This document shows, in pieces, positions 35,420-43,659 of a stretch of 64,000 nt of DNA. A program made the position numbers and the translations under genes. The stretch comes from Dehalococcoidia bacterium (GTDB lineage: Bacteria; Chloroflexota; Dehalococcoidia; Bin125): positions 193,753-257,752 of the forward strand of contig CBDBQC010000002.1 in NCBI GenBank assembly GCA_965209205.1. Direction: 5' to 3'. Below the pieces are notes generated by a model that did no database searches, was not told the DNA's origin, and saw only the letters and a list, made by a program, of their open reading frames with translations. Every line of letters begins with the position of its first letter. Within the stretch, counting starts at the first letter, position 1.

Positions 35420-35644
35420 TCAGTCCGCGCGGGGCAGCGGCGTGATGCGGATGCGGTCGTTCTCCAGCAGGCAGGCCTGCACGTCGTCGCGCGTGAGGCC
35501 GGGGTACTCCCGCAGGACGGCGTCCTCGGACCAACCGTCGGCCAGCAGTTCGACGACGAACGCCACTGCCAGCCGCGTCCCCTTCACAACCGGCTTCCCG
35601 GCCAAGACATCGGGATTCAACTCAATGCGTTCTTCCCATGCCAT
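35420..35644 (-). CDS. DUF433 domain protein (antitoxin-like), no partner gene
   Basis: ORF 35420..35707 trimmed to ATG 35644. Contains NPDVLAGKPVVKGTRLAV..LLADGWSEDAVLREYPGLTRDDV, a typical DUF433 pattern. Confidence 0.7.
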   Translation of the reverse strand: MAWEERIELNPDVLAGKPVVKGTRLAVAFVVELLADGWSEDAVLREYPGLTRDDVQACLLENDRIRITPLPRAD

Positions 35645-35720
35645 GGGATCGAGCCTTCCCAGCATCCGCCTACAGCGTACCCGAATCCCGTCGCGGACCG
35701 CTCGCAACGCGACGGCCTGC

Positions 35721-35726
35721 TAGCCT
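35721..35726 (+). promoter_or_regulatory. TAGCCT motif, 40 nt upstream of the serine hydrolase gene
   Basis: Same hexamer and orientation rule as the other five copies. Confidence 0.25.
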
Positions 35727-35765
35727 CGCGCGACGGACCGAGCCATTCCGAGAGCGAGGCACGCG

Positions 35766-36893
35766 ATGGAGATCCACGGAACCTATGCGGACGCGTTCCA
35801 GCCTGTGCGCGACCGCTTCGAGCAGAACTTCCTCGACGGGTTGGAGGACGGCGCATCCGTCGCCGTGACCGTCGACGGCGCCCCCGTCGTCGACCTCTGG
35901 GCGGGGGAGGCCGGGCCCGACGGCGCGCCCTGGCAGCGCGATACCATCGCCAACGTCTGGTCGTCCACGAAGACGATGGCCGCCGTCTGCATGCTCATGC
36001 TCGCCGACCGCGGCCTGCTCGACTTCGACGCCCCCGTCGTCGACTACTGGCCCGAGTTCGCCGAGAATGGCAAGCAGGGCGTCCTCGTCCGGCACGTGAT
36101 GAGTCACAGCGCCGGTCTCTCCGGCTTCGACCCGCCAACCCGCCTTGAGCACCTCTACGACCGCCGCGGCGTCGCCGCCTCGCTGGCCCGGCAGGCCCCC
36201 TGGTGGGAGCCGGGCACGGCTTCTGGCTACCACGCGATCACGCAGGGCCAGCTGCAGGGTGAGATCCTGGAGCGCATCACCGGCGTGTCGCTGGGCACGT
36301 TCTTCCGCCGCGAGGTCGCGGAGCCGCTCGGCGCCGACTTCCACATCGGCCTCGACGCCGCCCACGACGGCCGCGTCGCGGAGTTGATCCCGCCGGCGCC
36401 GGACCCCGCCATGGAGGAACTCGATCCCAGCTCCATCGCCGCCCGCACCATGGCGAGTTGCCCCCTGGACGCCACCGTGACCCGCACCCGCGCCTGGCGC
36501 GCCGCCGAAATCCCGGCCGCCGGCGGGACGGGCAACGCCCGCTCCATCGCCCGCGTCCACTCGGCGCTGGCCTGCGGCGGCGCCGTCGACGGCGTGCGCC
36601 TCATGTCCCCCGAGACCGTCGAGCGCGTACGGGAGGTCCAGACCGACGGCGTCGACCTCGTCCTGGGCAAGCACGTCACGTTCGGCCTCGGCTTCGCCAC
36701 CTACATCGAGGATACGGTCGCGCCACCCAACCCGCGCCACTTCCGCTGGGGTGGCTGGGGCGGCTCCATCGTCGTCGTCGACCTCGATGCGCGGGTCTCC
36801 ATCGCCTACGTCATGAACCGCATGATGAGCGGCGCGCTCGGGGATACCCGCGGCGGCGACCTTCTCACCGCCGTCTACGACTCGCTCGGCTAG
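35766..36893 (+). CDS. serine hydrolase, beta-lactamase (class C / esterase EstB-like) family
   Basis: ORF 35766..36893. Contains the SxxK motif (SSTK) and SHSAGLSG, with the expected length and pattern. Confidence 0.85.
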   Translation: MEIHGTYADAFQPVRDRFEQNFLDGLEDGASVAVTVDGAPVVDLWAGEAGPDGAPWQRDTIANVWSSTKTMAAVCMLMLADRGLLDFDAPVVDYWPEFAENGKQGVLVRHVMSHSAGLSGFDPPTRLEHLYDRRGVAASLARQAPWWEPGTASGYHAITQGQLQGEILERITGVSLGTFFRREVAEPLGADFHIGLDAAHDGRVAELIPPAPDPAMEELDPSSIAARTMASCPLDATVTRTRAWRAAEIPAAGGTGNARSIARVHSALACGGAVDGVRLMSPETVERVREVQTDGVDLVLGKHVTFGLGFATYIEDTVAPPNPRHFRWGGWGGSIVVVDLDARVSIAYVMNRMMSGALGDTRGGDLLTAVYDSLG

Positions 36894-37579
36894 CCGCCGG
36901 GCGGGCCGCCGACGTCCTCCCCGCACAACCGCCGCGCCTGCACGACGTAGAGGGGGTCGCTGCGGCGTGGATCGGGCGACAGATCCAGCGTCTCCGCCTC
37001 GCTGAAGCCGCCCGCGTAGTGGAAGTACGCGCTCACGATCTGCGCGTGCCCCCTGTCGCCCGTCGCCGACCACAGGGCGGTCGCCTTCGTCGGGAAGCAG
37101 CGGTTCGAGAACGCGACGCTGCAGATGCCGCCCGGCTTCAGCACCCGGCCAATCTCCCGGAACACGGCGAGGGGCCGCCGCAGGTACTGCACGCTGGCCG
37201 CGATCGTGACCACGTCGAAGCTCGCGCCGTCGTAGGGCAGCGCCGGGTCGGCGTTGAGGTCGTGCACGACCCACTCCGTCAGCGCCGGGTTCGCCCCCAA
37301 CTCTGCCGCATTCATGCCCAGCCCCGCCGCCCGCGACGGCGCGAAGCCGGCCGGGAAGTGCGACACATGGCTGCTCATCAGGTCGAGCACCGCCGCGCGG
37401 GCCGGGAAGATGCGCGCGTAGTGCGCCCGCAGCGCCGCGATCGCCGGGTCGTCGATGTGCGTCACCAGGCGGGGCTCCTGGTAGAAGAGCGCGTCGTCCC
37501 GCTCGTCGGCGCAGCGGAAGTGCGCCGTCACGAATGGCGACTCGTCGGGCCAGCCGCCCGGTGGCGCGTCGCTGGGCAT
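36890..37579 (-). CDS. class I SAM-dependent methyltransferase
   Basis: ORF 36890..37579 (GGGAGGG upstream). Contains VLDLMSS...DVVTIAASVQYL...LKPGG. It starts 14 nt after the stop of the 995-aa gene. Confidence 0.8.
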   Translation of the reverse strand: MPSDAPPGGWPDESPFVTAHFRCADERDDALFYQEPRLVTHIDDPAIAALRAHYARIFPARAAVLDLMSSHVSHFPAGFAPSRAAGLGMNAAELGANPALTEWVVHDLNADPALPYDGASFDVVTIAASVQYLRRPLAVFREIGRVLKPGGICSVAFSNRCFPTKATALWSATGDRGHAQIVSAYFHYAGGFSEAETLDLSPDPRRSDPLYVVQARRLCGEDVGGPPGG

Positions 37580-37593
37580 GCATCCCTCCCGGG

Positions 37594-40581
37594 TCAGCGC
37601 TCGAACCGGGCGGCGCGGTACTCCGCGAACGCCGCGTAGAAGTCGTCGATGGTGATCCCGAAGGCGCCCTCGAAGGCCTCCCGCCAGTCGTCGGTGGTCT
37701 GCCGCAGGCGGTAGTACTCGAAGATCGCCGGCTCCCCGGCTCGGGCCACCAGCCAGTCGGCCGCCAGGAGGCCCAGCACCGCGGCCTCGCGATCAGGCAC
37801 CGTCCAGGACGAATACGGACCCGGCGGATAGGACTCGAAGTCGGGGAGTGTGCCCTCGATCCGGCTCGCGGAATTCGCCAACCCGCGTCGTCGAGCCTGA
37901 TCGAAGTTCTCAAGCTCCAGCGAATCGAAGAAGACGCGCTCCGCGTATTCGAACAGACCGAGATCGAGCCAGTAGCTCCCCAGCGGCATGTGAAGGGAGA
38001 GCGGGTCCGGCCGATGGCCCGTTACCGACGCTACCGGCGGGGGCATCATCTGTCGCAGCACGTGGTCGTAGTGGAATCGGCCCAGGCGCTCCGTGGTTCG
38101 GGTTAGTCCGGCGCAGCTTGCCACGATGACCAGAGGGCCCTCCCAGCCACGCGGTGTGTCCGTACAAACCGTCCAGATGCTGCCGCCGAGAATGTGGTCG
38201 CCGAAGACATCCCTGTGCGGTTCCGCCGCGCTTGGCGTGGCCGCGATGTACACCGTGTAGTCGACCGGCTCGCCACCAAGCCGATCGCCGAAGAACGCCT
38301 GCACGGCCTCGAATCGTGCGGGCAGGGCGGCCTTCAACCAGGAATCGAACTCACCGAGGAGCACGAGCGTCGGCCCGTCAGGCTCGTCGGGAGCATCCGG
38401 CGACGCGACCGCGCCGATCGCGGCCCGATACTCCTCGAACTCCCGATAGAAGTCATTGATCGTGATGCCGAACGCGGCTTCGAAAGCCTGCTCCCAGCTG
38501 TCGCTGGACTCCAGCAGCCGGTAGTACTCGAAGATCGACGGCTCCCCAGCCCGCGCTACCAGCCAATCGCCGGCGAGGAAACTCAGAGCCTCAGCCGCCT
38601 CGTCCAGAGACGCCCCAAGCTCTGGCGGCGCCGCGAGACTGCTCAGCGGCTCTGCCATCCCGCGCGCCAGCCGGGATCGCACGCGGCGGGCCGCATCGAG
38701 CGTCTCGATGCCTACCGCGTCCTGGTACGCGGATACGGCGTAGCCGCGCGTCGCCAGTTGTAGCCAGTGGGGCCCCGGAGGCTCGTATCCCGGCAGCACC
38801 TGGATGAACCTCTCAGCCGGCAGGACAAGGCTCAGGGCTATGTCGAAGTGATACCCGCCGAGTGAGTCTGCGAGTCGCGCCTCTTCACAGTTTGCCAGGG
38901 CCAGGAACAAGAAAGCACCGGGGATGTTCACCTTGCATATCCCGTGGGTGAAGATGCCCTCCCGAGTGCCGCCGAAGTGAGCGCGGATCACCTTCATCCC
39001 CTGCTGGTCGGCGCCCTCGAGGACGGTGTAGTCCACCGTTCTGCTCTGGTCGGCAGCCACGAAGACGGTGTAGTCCACCGGTCCGCTCGCGAAGCGTTCG
39101 TGGAACAGTTCCTGGGCCGTGTCGAACTGCTCGCGGAGGAGGGTCCGGGTGTCGGATGGAATCTCACCGAGGAAGAGCAGCAGCGGCTCGTCGCTGTCGT
39201 CGGCCAGGTGCGGCAGGTACTGCGCGCCCAGCGCGGTCCGGTATTCCTCAAACTCCTCATAGAAGTCGTCGAGCGCGATGCCGAAGGCCGCCTCGAACGC
39301 CTCCTCCCAACTCGCCGATTCCGGCAGCAGGCGGAAGAACTCAAAATGGGCGTCGTGGTCCGGCCGGGCCACCATCTCCGGCGGCTCCAGCGGCGCAAAG
39401 GGCGTCCCCGTGGACAGTGCTGCCGCTCGCCGGACCAGCCAGTCCGTTGCGAGCGCACCGACGTTGTACCCCACGTAGACGGCCTCGTCCCCCTGCCATC
39501 CGTGGTCGAAGACCCAGTGACCCAGCGGTAGGGACTCTATGCTGGACCCGGTCGCGCGTTGCCACCAGTACGCGCGGATCCCACTGCCCGTCCACCCCAG
39601 CCGTTCCCGGTGGTACACGTCCTCGGCGTACACGGCCGTCCCTTCGATCAGCCAGTTCGGCAATTCGAAGAAGTTCGCGGGAGCCTGCACCCAGTGAAAC
39701 TGCAGAACATGGAAGTACTCGTGCGCGATAGGGAAATCCGGCTCGGCGGTGTTGTGGGTCTGCCTGCCGATGCTGATCTCTCCTACCCACGCGTTGGCGC
39801 CCATTGGAAGATCCCGAACAGTAGTCACCAAGAGCTCGACGGGTTCCAGCCCGTAGTTCTCGTAGAAGAACGCCAAGACGCTCGCCACTTCCCCACGAAG
39901 CGCCGACTCCGTCTCGGGATGCAGGGGCACCTCGAAGACGAACTCCGTTCCCGCCGTGCCCGACTGCCACCAGATCGCGTCCTCCGACAGTCGCACCCAG
40001 AGCGCGTCGCCGTGGTTCAGCGTGCGCAGCGTGTTGGCGGCGGGTGCCGCGCCGGGGCGGTAGCGCTCGCTCGCGCGCGTGTCCGCGTTCCAGCGCGACG
40101 CCCCCACGACCGCGTCGCCCAGCCAGTCGAGCGCCTCCTCGATCGGTGTCCCGTCGGGCCCGCCCCAAGTGACCAGGTTGTTACCGGCGCGCAGGGGGAG
40201 CAGCACGACGCCCTCGGCCGCCGGGCGCGTCCACTCGACGGCGGCCTCGCCGCCGATGTGCAGGGCGAGGCCCCGGCCCTGCTGGATCCAGGGCAGCGCC
40301 TGCAGCCCCAGACTCGCCCGCCAGACCCACCGGTAGCGCTGCGCGCCGCCGTCCCACGCGACGATAAAGTTCAGCACCGGGATGGCGTCGAAGAGTTCGG
40401 CGGCGGTCGTGTCGGGGCCCAGCCAGCCGATCAGGTTCCAGCCGGGCTGCAGCTGCGTCGTGATCGTGCCGGACGGCGGCGCCTGCGCCGACGCGGTCGC
40501 GTGCGTCGAGGCCAGCCCGGCGCCCAGCGCCAGCAGCACCACACTCGCGACGAGCGCGCGTCGGAGGCCCGGTAGCGCCAT
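37594..40581 (-). CDS. secreted 995-aa protein: two GWNL-type N-terminal repeats plus three MA-clan metallopeptidase-like modules (only module 1 keeps HExxH)
   Basis: ORF 37594..40581. It has a signal peptide (..LALGAGLASTHATASAQA). Module 1 contains IAHEYFHVLQ plus WLIEGTAVYAE. Each of the three modules ends in ..DWLV.RAGEP.IFEYYRL....W.EAFE.AFGI...DFY..F.EYR.A. Confidence 0.75.
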   Translation of the reverse strand: MALPGLRRALVASVVLLALGAGLASTHATASAQAPPSGTITTQLQPGWNLIGWLGPDTTAAELFDAIPVLNFIVAWDGGAQRYRWVWRASLGLQALPWIQQGRGLALHIGGEAAVEWTRPAAEGVVLLPLRAGNNLVTWGGPDGTPIEEALDWLGDAVVGASRWNADTRASERYRPGAAPAANTLRTLNHGDALWVRLSEDAIWWQSGTAGTEFVFEVPLHPETESALRGEVASVLAFFYENYGLEPVELLVTTVRDLPMGANAWVGEISIGRQTHNTAEPDFPIAHEYFHVLQFHWVQAPANFFELPNWLIEGTAVYAEDVYHRERLGWTGSGIRAYWWQRATGSSIESLPLGHWVFDHGWQGDEAVYVGYNVGALATDWLVRRAAALSTGTPFAPLEPPEMVARPDHDAHFEFFRLLPESASWEEAFEAAFGIALDDFYEEFEEYRTALGAQYLPHLADDSDEPLLLFLGEIPSDTRTLLREQFDTAQELFHERFASGPVDYTVFVAADQSRTVDYTVLEGADQQGMKVIRAHFGGTREGIFTHGICKVNIPGAFLFLALANCEEARLADSLGGYHFDIALSLVLPAERFIQVLPGYEPPGPHWLQLATRGYAVSAYQDAVGIETLDAARRVRSRLARGMAEPLSSLAAPPELGASLDEAAEALSFLAGDWLVARAGEPSIFEYYRLLESSDSWEQAFEAAFGITINDFYREFEEYRAAIGAVASPDAPDEPDGPTLVLLGEFDSWLKAALPARFEAVQAFFGDRLGGEPVDYTVYIAATPSAAEPHRDVFGDHILGGSIWTVCTDTPRGWEGPLVIVASCAGLTRTTERLGRFHYDHVLRQMMPPPVASVTGHRPDPLSLHMPLGSYWLDLGLFEYAERVFFDSLELENFDQARRRGLANSASRIEGTLPDFESYPPGPYSSWTVPDREAAVLGLLAADWLVARAGEPAIFEYYRLRQTTDDWREAFEGAFGITIDDFYAAFAEYRAARFER

Positions 40582-40668
40582 TGGTCGACTCCGCCCCAGC
40601 GTCGGCGATGCCGCGGCGCAAAGTGCCCGCGACCGGCGTACGTGGGTCGTACCCGTCCCGTCCGGCGT

Positions 40669-40675
40669 CAGGCTA
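40669..40675 (-). promoter_or_regulatory. TAGCCTG motif, ~88 nt upstream of the 995-aa gene
   Basis: caggcta on the + strand, in the divergent intergenic region 40582-40762. Confidence 0.25.
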
Positions 40676-40762
40676 GCCGATCGCGCGGCGGCGGGGCCCA
40701 GCGTCCGCGGGGTGTCGGCCCTCTAGACTCCCGCACACGACCTCAGCGAAGGGAAGGCCGCG

Positions 40763-41632
40763 ATGCCCGCAGTACCGGACCGATCCGCCGCCGGGGAGGC
40801 CGGCGGCGCCCCCGTGAAGATCATCTGCTGGAATATCGGCCGCCGACACGCGGCGTGGCGCTGTTTGCTGGAGATGGACGCGGACCTGGCGCTCCTGCAG
40901 GAGGCCGGCGAGCCGCCGCCCGACGTCGCCGAGCGCGTTGAGGCCGACCCAGGGCCTTGGCGCACCCCTGGGTCGGACGGCAACCGACCCTGGCGCGCGG
41001 CGGTGGCGCAGCTCTCGGATCGAGTCGAGGTGGAGTGGATCGAGTCCAAGTCCCTTACGGATGCAGAGTGGAAGGAACTGGGCGTCAGCCGGCCCGGCTC
41101 CCTGGCCGCCGCGCATGTGAAGCCACAGCATGGGGAGCCCTTCATCGTGGTCTCCCTGTACGCACTCTGGGAAAGCCCCCACTCCTCCACCGACAGCAGT
41201 TGGGGATTCGTCGACGCCTCGGCGCACCGTCTCATCTCCGACCTATCCCGCTTCATCGGGGCCCAGCGCGGGCACCGCGTCATCGCGGCCGGGGACCTCA
41301 ATACCGCCCGGGACAACCCAGCGTGGGGCCCCTATTGGGCCGCGCGTGACCGGACGGTGTTCGACAGGATGGAGGCGCTGGGGCTGCCCTGCGTCGGGCC
41401 CGAGGCCCCCCACGGGCGGCAAGCGGATCCGTGGCCGGATGCGCTCCCCAGAGACAGCAAGAACGTGCCGACGTACCACCACAACAAGCAGACGCCCGCG
41501 GAGGCGACGATCCAGGGCGACTTCGTCTTCGCATCCTGGGGAATGATGGATTCGGTGCAAGTACGAGCCCTGAACGACCCGGAGCAGTGGGGTCCCAGCG
41601 ACCACTGTCGCGTGGAGATCGAGGTGTCTTGA
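40763..41632 (+). CDS. endonuclease/exonuclease/phosphatase (EEP) family protein
   Basis: ORF 40763..41632 (GAAGGGAAGG upstream). Contains VKIICWNIG..., LLQEA, AGDLN, and C-terminal GPSDHCRVEIEV. Confidence 0.75.
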   Translation: MPAVPDRSAAGEAGGAPVKIICWNIGRRHAAWRCLLEMDADLALLQEAGEPPPDVAERVEADPGPWRTPGSDGNRPWRAAVAQLSDRVEVEWIESKSLTDAEWKELGVSRPGSLAAAHVKPQHGEPFIVVSLYALWESPHSSTDSSWGFVDASAHRLISDLSRFIGAQRGHRVIAAGDLNTARDNPAWGPYWAARDRTVFDRMEALGLPCVGPEAPHGRQADPWPDALPRDSKNVPTYHHNKQTPAEATIQGDFVFASWGMMDSVQVRALNDPEQWGPSDHCRVEIEVS

Positions 41633-41642
41633 CGGTCCGTTG

Positions 41643-42578
41643 CTAGCGGATGTTGCGCAGGCGCGGGTCCATCGCGTCGCGGACGCCGTCGCCCACGAAG
41701 TTGAACGACATCACCATCAGGATGATCGCCAGCGCCGGCGCGAGGATGGGCCAGGCGCTGCGCGTCATGATCGTGATGTAGGCCTTGGCGACCATGCCCC
41801 CCCAGGCCGGCGTGGGCGGTTGCACGCCCGCGCCGATGAAGCTCAGCCCCGCCTCGACCAGGATGATGCCCGCCGCCGAGAGCGACGCCAGCACCAGCAC
41901 CGGCGCCACGACGTTGGGCAGCATGTGGCGCAGCATGATCCGGCGCGGTCCGGCCCCCACCGCGTGCGCCGCGTCGATGTAGACCTCCTGCTTGATCTGC
42001 AGCACGACGCCGCGCGTGAGCCGCGCGTAGCCCGGCGACCAGACGAAGCCGATGATGATCATCGTGTTCTGGATGCTCGGTCCCAGGGCGGCGGTGACCG
42101 CGAGGATCAGCACCAGCCCCGGCATCGCCATGAGCGCGTCGACGATGCGCATGATGATCAGCTCGTCGAGCTTGCCGCCGATGTAGCCGGCCAGCAGCCC
42201 CAGCGGCACGCCGACGACGATCGCCACGCCGATCGCCGCCAGCACGATCTGCCAGGCGATGCGGGCGCCGAAGATCGTGCGGCTCAGGACGTCGCGGCCC
42301 TGGCTGTCGGTACCGGCGATGTGATCCCAGGCCGGCGGCTGGTAGATGCCTTCCAGGGTGAGGTTCGTCTTCAGCGGATCCGCGGGCGCGATCACCGGCG
42401 CCAACGCGGCGACGATGCCGAAAGCCACCAGCAGCACGGCGCCCAGCACGGCCGGGCGATTGCGCAGATAGACGCGCAGGATGCCCCGCGCCTCGCGATA
42501 CCAGTGCTGTTCGCGAACCCCCGCCAGGGAGAGGGCGGGCGGGGCGACATCTGGCCGGGGAGCCGTGGCGCCGGTCAT
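41643..42578 (-). CDS. ABC transporter permease, Opp/Dpp/Nik C-type
   Basis: ORF 41643..42578. ATGA overlap with the upstream B-type permease. Paralogue of 9532..10461. Confidence 0.9.
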   Translation of the reverse strand: MTGATAPRPDVAPPALSLAGVREQHWYREARGILRVYLRNRPAVLGAVLLVAFGIVAALAPVIAPADPLKTNLTLEGIYQPPAWDHIAGTDSQGRDVLSRTIFGARIAWQIVLAAIGVAIVVGVPLGLLAGYIGGKLDELIIMRIVDALMAMPGLVLILAVTAALGPSIQNTMIIIGFVWSPGYARLTRGVVLQIKQEVYIDAAHAVGAGPRRIMLRHMLPNVVAPVLVLASLSAAGIILVEAGLSFIGAGVQPPTPAWGGMVAKAYITIMTRSAWPILAPALAIILMVMSFNFVGDGVRDAMDPRLRNIR

Positions 42579-43531
42579 CCGCTTCGCCCCTCACGGATGC
42601 GTGGATCCAGGAATGGATATGAGAGGTCGACGAGCAGATTCACCAGCACGACGCAGACGGCGAAGAACATGACCACGTTCTGCACGATGTTGAAGTCCTG
42701 GCTGTTGACCACGTTCTCGACGAAGAGTCGGCCCATGCCCGGGATGCCGAACACCTGCTCGGTGATCACGGCCCCGCTGAAGATCAAGCCCGCCTGGAAG
42801 CCGAACACCGTCACGATGGGGATGAGCGCGTTGCGCAGGCCGTGCCGCACGACCACGACCCGCGTGCGCAGCCCCTTGGCGCGCGCCGTGCGGATGTAAT
42901 CGTCGTTGAGCACGTTGATCATCGCCGAGCGCGTCTGGCGCATCAGGAGCGTCGTGGCGGTGAGCGCCACCGCCGTGACCGGCATCGCCATGTGCTTGAA
43001 GTTCTGGACCGGGTCCTCCCAGAACGGCACGTAGCCCACCACGGGCAGCAGATCGAGGTGCAGCCCGATCAGCAGCACCAGCCCAATGCCGGTGATGAAT
43101 TCGGGGATCGAGTTGCCCACGATCATCAGCGTGCTGCCCGTCACCTCCCGCTTCGACCCGGGCCGCAGCGCGGCCAGCACCCCGATGGGGATCGCCACGC
43201 AGATCACCACCAGCAGGCTGAGGATGCCCAGGTTGAGCGTGGCCGGGATGCGCCGCCCGAACGTCTCGCTGATGGGCAGTTGGTTGATGGTGCTCTCGCC
43301 CAGGTCGCCCTGCAGGGCGTTGAAGATCCAGTCGCCGTATCGCTCCGGCAACGGCTTGTTGAGCCCCAGCCGCTCCTTGGTCAGATCGATCGATTCCGGC
43401 GTTGCGTTGATCCCTACGATCCGCGCCGCCGGATCGCCCGGCAAGACGTTCATCAGCAGAAAGGCCAGGACGCTGATGATCAGCAGGATGACGATCGACG
43501 AGAGGGTCCGCGTGATGGCGTAGCGAATCAT
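42575..43531 (-). CDS. ABC transporter permease, Opp/Dpp/Nik B-type
   Basis: ORF 42575..43531 (MIRYAITRTLSSIVILL...). Contains RTARAKGL. Confidence 0.9.
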   Translation of the reverse strand: MIRYAITRTLSSIVILLIISVLAFLLMNVLPGDPAARIVGINATPESIDLTKERLGLNKPLPERYGDWIFNALQGDLGESTINQLPISETFGRRIPATLNLGILSLLVVICVAIPIGVLAALRPGSKREVTGSTLMIVGNSIPEFITGIGLVLLIGLHLDLLPVVGYVPFWEDPVQNFKHMAMPVTAVALTATTLLMRQTRSAMINVLNDDYIRTARAKGLRTRVVVVRHGLRNALIPIVTVFGFQAGLIFSGAVITEQVFGIPGMGRLFVENVVNSQDFNIVQNVVMFFAVCVVLVNLLVDLSYPFLDPRIREGRSG

Positions 43532-43605
43532 GCGCGCGACTCCCGCTCAGAAAGGCTGGACGGCGCCGCAGCGACGACAAGCCATGCCGGGTCCGGCGAA
43601 TGATA

Positions 43606-43634
43606 GAGGGGTGCGCGCACGGCGCGCACCCCTC
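43606..43634 (-). terminator. strong hairpin 26 nt after the SBP stop (attenuator or mRNA-stabiliser candidate)
   Basis: A perfect 13-bp stem, gaggggtgcgcgc (43606-43618) / gcgcgcacccctc (43622-43634), with a 3-nt loop. It is followed on the minus strand by UAUCAUU. Confidence 0.5.
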
Positions 43635-43659
43635 GTCATGCCCGGCCGCAGGGGGCGGT

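Noticed and set aside
36890-36893. A 4-nt overlap of convergent stop codons (CTAG) between the serine hydrolase and methyltransferase genes.
   Set aside because: It is real, but a trivial consequence of gene packing. No structure or regulatory implication is visible.
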